From Acidobacteriota bacterium (GTDB lineage Bacteria > Acidobacteriota > Thermoanaerobaculia > Multivoradales > J023), in NCBI GenBank assembly GCA_039027015.1, contig JBCCLG010000003.1, positions 1-32,700 on the forward strand: a stretch of 32,700 bases of DNA, given 5' to 3'. The notes under the pieces were generated by a model, which saw only the letters and a list, made by a program, of their open reading frames with translations, was not told where the DNA came from and did no database searches. This document shows positions 26,188-32,700 of the stretch, piece after piece. The first letter of the stretch is position 1. Every line of letters starts with the position of its first letter. The position numbers and the translations under genes are program-made.

Positions 26188-26649
26188 TCAGTCCTCGTCG
26201 ATCAGCAGGCCCAGAAGATCGGAGGTCGAGATCAGGCCGACGAGCTGCCCCTCCTCCACCACCAGAAGCCGGTGGAGGTGATGGCGCAGCATGGTGCGCG
26301 CGACCTCTGAGACCGTCGTCTCGGTGTCCACCGACACGATCTCGGGGGTCATCAGCTCGCGCACCGACATCTCGTCCCCCTTGAGGCGGACCTCCTCGAT
26401 TCCGCCGCCTCCCCCCGCGCCGACCGCGCGGTCGGGCACGTGCAGATAGCTGCCGCCGCTCGGCCAGGAGACGTCGCGCACCACGTCGACCACCGAGACC
26501 ACGCCACACACGAAGCCGTCTTCGTCCACCACCGGTGCGCCGGTGATCTTGTTGTCGGCCAGGAAAGAAGCCAGCTCGGCCAGCGTCCAATCATCCTGAG
26601 CGGTCAAGACGCTCGGGTTCATCACGTCGCGGGCTACGATCGGCCGCAT
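26188..26649 (-). CDS. CBS domain pair protein
   Basis: ARDVMNP...ITGAPVVDEDG..CGVVS..D and VRELMTP...HRLLVVEEGQLVGLISTSD. Confidence 0.9.
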   Translation of the reverse strand: MRPIVARDVMNPSVLTAQDDWTLAELASFLADNKITGAPVVDEDGFVCGVVSVVDVVRDVSWPSGGSYLHVPDRAVGAGGGGGIEEVRLKGDEMSVRELMTPEIVSVDTETTVSEVARTMLRHHLHRLLVVEEGQLVGLISTSDLLGLLIDED

Positions 26650-27569
26650 GGTGCCGTTCTCCTTGAGCGGACCGGCACGACGTCGCCGACGATGCCGAGG
26701 TGGTCGGAAAGAGGGGTGCGGAGGGTGTGATGGGCGTGCCAGGTCAGCTCGCGCGAGACCAGGATCCAGTCGAGGCGCCGCCGCGGGTTGTGAGCCGGGA
26801 AGGTCGGCACCGTGCGCTGTGGCTCGAAGGGGCGCACGCCCAGGGTCTCGGCGAGCAGGCGCAGGGAGTCGGGCTCGCGCTGCCAGCAGCAGTTGAGATC
26901 CCCGAGAACCACCATCGGGCGTTGGCCGCGCCGGGTCTGGAGCTCCTCCACCATGCGCAGAATCTGCTGCCTGCGCAGCGCCGGCCGCAGAAAGTCGAGG
27001 TGCACCGAAACCAGGTCGATTTCAAGGTCCCGCCACCTGGGGACTCGGATGGTGGCCACCACGAATCCCTTGGTGTCGCGCCAATTCGATCGGAAGCGGC
27101 GCGACAGGCGCTCGCCGAGGGGCCAGGCGGAGAGCAGGGCGGTGCCCGAAGCGAGGGGGAAGCGCGGGCTGCCGAACGGATTGTGGTCGCCGCGGTAGTG
27201 GTGGAGCAGCCGGGCGTGGCGGGCCAGCGACTCCACGTGGTCGAAATTGCCGCTCCACGCCGAAGGTCCGTCGGCCTCCTGCAGGGCCAGCACGTCGGCC
27301 CTGACCGTGTGCAGAATGCGTCCGACCTCCGAGACGTTGCGGCGCGCCGTGCGCTCGAGCAGCAGGGCCTGGTGCGTTGCGGTGCGCCTGCCGTGGCCGA
27401 CGTTGAGCGAGACCAGGCGCAGCGCGTTCGCCGGCCGCGGGGGGATGGCCTCGGCGCTCACCAGCGCAGGGTGGGCCGGTCCGGGTCCGGGGTCTCGCTT
27501 GAGGCCCACCGTGCGCAGCGTCAGCTCGCGCAGCTGATCGGCGCTCTTGTTGAGGCCTTGAAGGAGCAT
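26634..27569 (-). CDS. endonuclease/exonuclease/phosphatase (EEP) family protein
   Basis: SLNVGHG, LALQEAD, SVHLD, LGDLN, LDWIL, SDHL. Confidence 0.88.
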   Translation of the reverse strand: MLLQGLNKSADQLRELTLRTVGLKRDPGPGPAHPALVSAEAIPPRPANALRLVSLNVGHGRRTATHQALLLERTARRNVSEVGRILHTVRADVLALQEADGPSAWSGNFDHVESLARHARLLHHYRGDHNPFGSPRFPLASGTALLSAWPLGERLSRRFRSNWRDTKGFVVATIRVPRWRDLEIDLVSVHLDFLRPALRRQQILRMVEELQTRRGQRPMVVLGDLNCCWQREPDSLRLLAETLGVRPFEPQRTVPTFPAHNPRRRLDWILVSRELTWHAHHTLRTPLSDHLGIVGDVVPVRSRRTAPCGRS

Positions 27570-27752
27570 CCCGGAGATTCTGTCACGCTGGAAAGCCGCG
27601 GGCCGTCGTCGCGCTTCCGATCGGCGCGCCGGAGGGCCTGCCCGCGGGCGTAGGATCCTGCGACGCCTGACGCCTCGGAAGGTTTCCCGGCGAGGGCCCC
27701 CGGGGATCCGTCCGCTCCCCGGGACCTCTCGATGGGATTTAATAGGCTCTCG

Positions 27753-28703
27753 ATGACGACCGAGACCCACGCCGCCGCCGCCGCTGCCGACAGCGGGCCG
27801 AGCCTCGGCCTTCGCCAGGCCGGCCACGTGCTGGCGGTGCGCCTGTGGCGCCTGTTTCCGTGGCCCGGCGGCCGCGGCCGCTATTGGTTCAAGAAGAAGA
27901 TTTTCGGCCCGCGTCGCGGCCGGCCGGCGTCGCCGATTCCCACCGACGCCGGCTGGCTGCTGCTCGAGTGGGCCGACGATCTTCTGCAGCAGAACCTCTA
28001 CGCCACCGGCAAGCACTACGAGACCGAGGTGACCGCCTGGTTCGAGTCGGCCGGAGGCGGCGGCTCCCTCGAGGGCGCCACGGTGCTCGACGTCGGCGCC
28101 CACGCGGGCTTCTACACCCTGCTCCTGGCGCGCGCCGTGGGCCCGGAGGGGCGTGTGGTGGCCTTCGAGCCGCAGCCCGATTTGGCCGCGGCGGTGCGCC
28201 AGGCCCTCGCGATCAACGGCCTCTCCGGCCGCGCGCGGGTCGAGGGCCTGGCGGCCGGCGATCGCGACGGCGAGATCACCCTCCACCGCCCCGGAGACCG
28301 CGGGCGCACCACCGCCGGCGCCCCGCCCGCGGGAGGCAGCGACAGCTTCACGCTGCCGATGGTGCGTCTCGATCGCTGGATCGAGGAGCAGCTCGACGAG
28401 CCGCCGGCCCTGATCAAAATGGATATCGAGGGCGCCGAGTGGCTGGCCCTCGAGGGCCTCGAGGGGACGCTTGTCGGCGGCTCGGCGCCGCGCCTGCTGA
28501 TCGAGATGCATCCTCAGCAGATCGGCGACCTCGGCGGCAGCGTCACAGGCCTCGTCGAGCGGCTCTCGGCCTTCGGCTACCGGCTCAGCTGGCTCCACCC
28601 CAGGCGGGGCGAGGTGGACCTTCCCGCGCCGCTCACCCGCCTCGAGTCGACGTGGCACCTGGTGGCCGAGCCTGCCGGCGGCGATCGGCGCACCTCGACG
28701 TGA
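27753..28703 (+). CDS. FkbM family methyltransferase
   Basis: VLDVGAHAGFYTL, VAFEP, LIKMDIEGAE, LLIEMHP. Confidence 0.9.
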   Translation: MTTETHAAAAAADSGPSLGLRQAGHVLAVRLWRLFPWPGGRGRYWFKKKIFGPRRGRPASPIPTDAGWLLLEWADDLLQQNLYATGKHYETEVTAWFESAGGGGSLEGATVLDVGAHAGFYTLLLARAVGPEGRVVAFEPQPDLAAAVRQALAINGLSGRARVEGLAAGDRDGEITLHRPGDRGRTTAGAPPAGGSDSFTLPMVRLDRWIEEQLDEPPALIKMDIEGAEWLALEGLEGTLVGGSAPRLLIEMHPQQIGDLGGSVTGLVERLSAFGYRLSWLHPRRGEVDLPAPLTRLESTWHLVAEPAGGDRRTST

Positions 28704-29677
28704 CCAGGAGCTCGCCCCCCAGGGTCTCGGTGGTGATCGCCACCCACAACCGCGCGGATCTGCTGCCCGCCTGCGTCGAGTCGATCCGGCAGCAAACCCT
28801 GCAGGACCTCGAGATCGTGGTGGTGGACGACGCCTCGAGCGATCGCACGCCGGAGGTGCTCGAGGAGCTGCGGGCGGCGGATCCCCGAGTGCGGCCCGTG
28901 CGCGCGGCGCGCAACCTCGGCCCCGGCGGCGCGCGCAACCTCGGCGCCAGAGAGGCCCGCGCTCCGCTCATCGCGGTTCTCGACGATGACGATCGCTCTT
29001 TGCCCACCCGCCTCGAAAAGCAGGCCGGCTATCTCGACCAGCGTCCGGAGGTCGACGGGCTGTTCACGGCGATTCGCTGGCACGACGCCGCCGGCGTCAC
29101 GCTGCGCCACGTGACCGGCCCGATCCTCGCCGATTCCCTGCCCCGCGATCCCGGCGAGCTCTTCGAGCTGCTCTATCTCGACAGCAATCGGCTGACCTCC
29201 ACCACCCTGATGATCCGCCGCGACGCGCTGCTCGAGGAGCCCTACGCCGAGGACGTGCGGGTCGGTGAGGATTGGTCGATGTTCCTGCGCCTGTCGGCGC
29301 GCGGTCGTCTTCTGCGCTCGATCCCCGAGTCCCTGGTCGATATGCAGCGCGACGCCGGGCACGCCAGCCTGATGAGCGACAAGGCCCGGGCGTTCGCCGA
29401 CCAGCGCCGGGTTCTTCGGCAGATCCGCGCCTGGCTGCGCCAATGCGGTATCCGCGACTTCGATTCCCTGCACCGCCGGGCGTGGGCGCGGCAGCTCGTG
29501 CGCGAGGCTCGCTTCTGGTACGGCGCCCGGGCTCTGGCCCTGATCGGGCGGGCCCTGCTCTCAGCCCCCCGCGACCGGGAGCCGTGGCGCGCCGTCGCCT
29601 GGCTCGGCGGCGTGGCGAGGGCCAAGGCGGCGCGGCGCCTGGTCGGGCCGCCGGGCGGCGCGGAGGGGCAACCGTGA
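28700..29677 (+). CDS. glycosyltransferase family 2
   Basis: VSVVIATHNR, VVDDASSD, GPGGARNLG, LDDDD, EDW; GTGA overlap. Confidence 0.92.
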   Translation: MTRSSPPRVSVVIATHNRADLLPACVESIRQQTLQDLEIVVVDDASSDRTPEVLEELRAADPRVRPVRAARNLGPGGARNLGAREARAPLIAVLDDDDRSLPTRLEKQAGYLDQRPEVDGLFTAIRWHDAAGVTLRHVTGPILADSLPRDPGELFELLYLDSNRLTSTTLMIRRDALLEEPYAEDVRVGEDWSMFLRLSARGRLLRSIPESLVDMQRDAGHASLMSDKARAFADQRRVLRQIRAWLRQCGIRDFDSLHRRAWARQLVREARFWYGARALALIGRALLSAPRDREPWRAVAWLGGVARAKAARRLVGPPGGAEGQP

Positions 29678-30786
29678 GCGAGAGGGCCCCGATCCTCTAC
29701 ACCCTCCCCAATCTCACCACCGCCGGCTCGGGGAGGGCCCTTTTCGAGATCGCCCGCCGCCTCGACCGGGCGCGCTTCCGGCCGATGCTCTGCCTGGCCG
29801 CCCGCGGCGGCGAGCTCGAGCGCGAGTTCGAGGCCGCCGGAATCGAGGTGATGGAGGCCGCCGTGACCCTCCCCGCGGCCCCCCGCTGGAGCCTGCCGGC
29901 GCGCGCCCTGCGCCGCGCCCGTCGCCTCGCCGGGCTGGTGCCGCGGGGCGCCCTCTGGCATTCCTTTCACTATCTCGACGACTACACCGAGCCCCTGGTG
30001 GCCAGGGCTCACGGCGCCGCGGCCTGGCTCTACACCAAGAAAAACATGAGCTGGAATCGCCAGTCGTGGCAGCTGAGAACCTGGGGGGCGACCCGGGTGC
30101 TGGCGCAGAATCGCGATATGGAGACCCGCTTCTTCGGCGGTCGGTGGGCGCGGCGCTGCGTGAGGGTGCCGCGCGGGGTCGACTGCGAGCGCTTTGCTCC
30201 GGCAGCGCCGGGCGAGCCCGACGGCCCCGCCACAGACCGCGATCTCGTGCTCGGCTGCGTCGCCCATCTGGTGCCGGTCAAGGGGCACCCGACCCTGCTC
30301 GACGCCCTGGCCCGCGCCCCTGGCTTTCGCCTGCGCATCGCCGGGCGAGCGCTCGACTCGGGCTATCGCCGGCGGCTCGGCGAGCAGACCCGGCGGCTGG
30401 GGCTCGAGGAGCGGGTGGACTTCGTCGGCTCGGTGAGCGACGTTCCTAGCTTCCTGCGCCGCCTCGACGCCCTGGTGCTGCCGACCTGGGCGCGCTGGCG
30501 TCAGGAGGGCTGTCCGGTCGCCCTGCTCGAGGCCATGGCCAGCGGCCTGCCGGTGATCGCCACCGATATTCCGGGCAGCCGCGACGTGGTGGAAAACGGG
30601 CGCAGCGGTCTGCTGGTGCCGCCCGAAGATCCGGCGGCCCTCGCCGGGGCGCTCGATCGGCTGCGCGACCCGAGGCTGCGCCGCGCCCTGGGCGAAGCGG
30701 CCCGCCGGCGCGCCGTGGGGAACTACTCGATCGAGCGCGAGGTCGCGGATCACGAGAGTCTCTACCGGGAGGTCCTGGCACGATGA
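29674..30786 (+). CDS. glycosyltransferase family 4
   Basis: AHLVPVKGH, EGCPVALLEAMASGLPVIATDIPG; GTGA overlap. Confidence 0.92.
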   Translation: MSERAPILYTLPNLTTAGSGRALFEIARRLDRARFRPMLCLAARGGELEREFEAAGIEVMEAAVTLPAAPRWSLPARALRRARRLAGLVPRGALWHSFHYLDDYTEPLVARAHGAAAWLYTKKNMSWNRQSWQLRTWGATRVLAQNRDMETRFFGGRWARRCVRVPRGVDCERFAPAAPGEPDGPATDRDLVLGCVAHLVPVKGHPTLLDALARAPGFRLRIAGRALDSGYRRRLGEQTRRLGLEERVDFVGSVSDVPSFLRRLDALVLPTWARWRQEGCPVALLEAMASGLPVIATDIPGSRDVVENGRSGLLVPPEDPAALAGALDRLRDPRLRRALGEAARRRAVGNYSIEREVADHESLYREVLAR

Positions 30787-32573
30787 CCGCGGGGTCCGTC
30801 GACCCGGGCCGCTGCGGCGACTGGCTGCTCCTGGGCCCGGGCGCCCGGGTGCCCGGCGCCGGGCGCTGCGGAGAGTGGCGCGAAGTGCATCGGGCCGGCG
30901 ACCGGCGGCTGCTGGTGGCGCAGCCGGGCCCCGCGTGGGCGGGCTCGCCGTGGCGCGCCGTCACCCCCGCGGACGGCGGAGGCACTCGCGCGTGGCTTCT
31001 GGGCGAGTCTCCCGCCACCGACGCCGAGGTGCTGGCGGCGGCGCGGGAGCTCGGGCGCGGCGTCGACCCGTCTATCCGGCTCGGCGGCCGCTTCCTGCTG
31101 CTGATCGAGCGGACGGGCTCTTTTGAGGTCGTGACGGATCGCTTCAACACCCTGCACGCCTACCGCACCGCGAACGGCGCGGCCGTGGGCACAAGCTATC
31201 GGGCCGTGTGCGCCGCCGGCTCGGCGCGCCGGCTCGACTGGCCCGCGCTCCGCGGCTTCTTCACCCTCGGCTTTTTTCTGGGCGAGAGCACCCACTACGA
31301 CGACGTGCGCTGCCTGGGCCCGGCGGCGCGCCACAGGGCCACAGAGGCCGGCGACTCCGGCGGCGAGCGCTACTGGCGCTGGAGCTATCGCCCCGAGAGG
31401 CGCCGTGACCGCCGCGAGACGGTGGACGAGCTGGCGTCGCGTCTCGAGCGGGCGGTGGGCGCCGCGGCCGCGGGCGAAGCCGGCGAGAGGCTGGCGCTGC
31501 CGATCTCCGGCGGGCTCGACTCCCGCGTTCTGGTCGCCTGCCAGCCCGCCGGTTCGCGCGCCTGGGGCTTCTCCTACGGCTACCAGAAGGGCTCGGTGGA
31601 AATCCGGCTCGCCGCCGAGATCGCCCGCCGGCGCGGCCTCGACTTCGAGTCGTTCGTCGTCGAGGCCTACCTCGAGCGGGAGCTCGACGTCGTTCTCGAC
31701 GCCGTCGAGGGCTTTCAGGACGTCACCCAAAGCCGCCAGATCTCCCTGCGGGGCGAGCTGGCGCGGCGAGCCGGTGCCGTGCTCGGCGGTCATTGGGGGG
31801 ACGTGTGGCTCGACGACGCGCACCTGGATCTCGCCGCCTCTGGCGCCGAAGGGCGGGCGGAGGAAGAGCTGCCCGGCAGGGTGCTGGCCTCGATGCGCAA
31901 ACGCGGCCACGGCTGGCTGGTCGAGAACGTGTGCGCTCACCATCTCGAGCCCGGCGGGCCTGCGAGCGGGCGCGACCCTCTCGAGCTCGCCATCGCCCGC
32001 GGCCTGGAAGAGCTGGCGGACGTCGAGGATCTCGACTTCCGCGTCAAGGCATTCAAGACCGACCACTGGTCGAGTCGCTGGACTCTGGCCAGCGTGCGCG
32101 CCTACCAGGCGGCCTCCTTCCCTCGGCTGCCGTTCTACGATCCCCAGCTGGCCGACTTTTTCGCCACCGTGGCCACCGAAGAGCTGCGCGACCGCAGCCT
32201 CGAGATCGACTATCTGAGGCGCCACGCCCCCGACCTGGCGGCGGTGCCGTGGCAGGAGACCGGCGCGCCCCTCGGCCGATCCCGCCGGCGCGCCTGGTGG
32301 CTCGGGCTGCCCGAGCGCGCCGCGCGTCGCGCCTGGCGAACCCTGCGTCGCCGGCCGGTGATCGAGCGCAATTGGGAGGTGCAGTGGCTCAGCCCGGGAG
32401 GGCGGACGCTGCTGCGCGGGCTGCTGACCGCTCCGGGCCTGCGCCTGCACGACGTGGTTCCGAGGCGGAGCGTGGAGCAGCACCTCGAGGAATTCCTGCG
32501 CGCTCCGAGCGCCGCGAACGGCTACTCCATCTCGATGCTGGCGACCTTCGCCGCCTGGCTGGAGAGGGAGTAG
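30783..32573 (+). CDS. asparagine synthase-related amidoligase
   Basis: PP-loop LPISGGLDSR, RLPFYD; degenerate Ntn-like N-terminal half (TDRFN..H.Y); ATGA overlap. Confidence 0.8.
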   Translation: MTAGSVDPGRCGDWLLLGPGARVPGAGRCGEWREVHRAGDRRLLVAQPGPAWAGSPWRAVTPADGGGTRAWLLGESPATDAEVLAAARELGRGVDPSIRLGGRFLLLIERTGSFEVVTDRFNTLHAYRTANGAAVGTSYRAVCAAGSARRLDWPALRGFFTLGFFLGESTHYDDVRCLGPAARHRATEAGDSGGERYWRWSYRPERRRDRRETVDELASRLERAVGAAAAGEAGERLALPISGGLDSRVLVACQPAGSRAWGFSYGYQKGSVEIRLAAEIARRRGLDFESFVVEAYLERELDVVLDAVEGFQDVTQSRQISLRGELARRAGAVLGGHWGDVWLDDAHLDLAASGAEGRAEEELPGRVLASMRKRGHGWLVENVCAHHLEPGGPASGRDPLELAIARGLEELADVEDLDFRVKAFKTDHWSSRWTLASVRAYQAASFPRLPFYDPQLADFFATVATEELRDRSLEIDYLRRHAPDLAAVPWQETGAPLGRSRRRAWWLGLPERAARRAWRTLRRRPVIERNWEVQWLSPGGRTLLRGLLTAPGLRLHDVVPRRSVEQHLEEFLRAPSAANGYSISMLATFAAWLERE

Positions 32574-32577
32574 AAGG

Positions 32578-32700
32578 GTGGGTGCCCCCAAGAGACCGCG
32601 ACTGCTGGTTCTGGGCGCCGAGCCGCCGCTGCAGACGTTTCTCGAGCGGCTGTTTCGCGGCCTCGAGGGGGATTTCGAGATCGTTCTCGCCTCGCGGCGA
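32578..32700 (+). CDS. 5' part of a further glycan-cluster gene, probably a glycosyltransferase (truncated by the window)
   Basis: GTG 4 nt after the upstream stop; open to the window end: MGAPKRPRLLVLGAEPPLQTFLERLFRGL. Confidence 0.55.
   Translation, partial: MGAPKRPRLLVLGAEPPLQTFLERLFRGLEGDFEIVLASRR

Noticed and set aside
27570-28658. 674-aa version of the EEP protein
   Set aside because: The N-terminal part is the antisense shadow of the FkbM gene
1-32700. Mobile elements, prophage, defence systems, tRNA or rRNA
   Set aside because: No transposase, integrase, phage or RNA-gene signatures were recognised

Overview
High-GC (roughly 70% by eye), gene-dense bacterial chromosomal window. Protein styles suggest Acidobacteriota or a deltaproteobacterial-like lineage (inference only). 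About 30 CDSs: a Ser/Thr kinase, TrmJ, a transglutaminase-ABC transporter-CapK-like operon, a signalling trio (sigma54 response regulator, degenerate histidine kinase, RsbT-like hybrid kinase), an RfaY-like ECF sigma with a hydrolase, a K+ channel, an oxidoreductase, a lysine-ketoglutarate reductase-like enzyme, BON and beta-propeller secreted proteins, glgC-glgA, AraC, CBS, EEP, and the start of a surface-glycan cluster. No rRNA, tRNA, CRISPR or transposase was seen. The most interesting signal is a candidate sigma54 stress phosphorelay and regulon. The same tandem TGTAA-N3-TTACA-like enhancer plus -24/-12 promoters occurs at about 11.0 kb (before the hybrid kinase) and about 21.2 kb (between the divergent BON and propeller genes), and a ChpT-like pseudokinase is translationally coupled to the enhancer-binding regulator. 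The palindrome CTCGAG also looks strongly over-represented.
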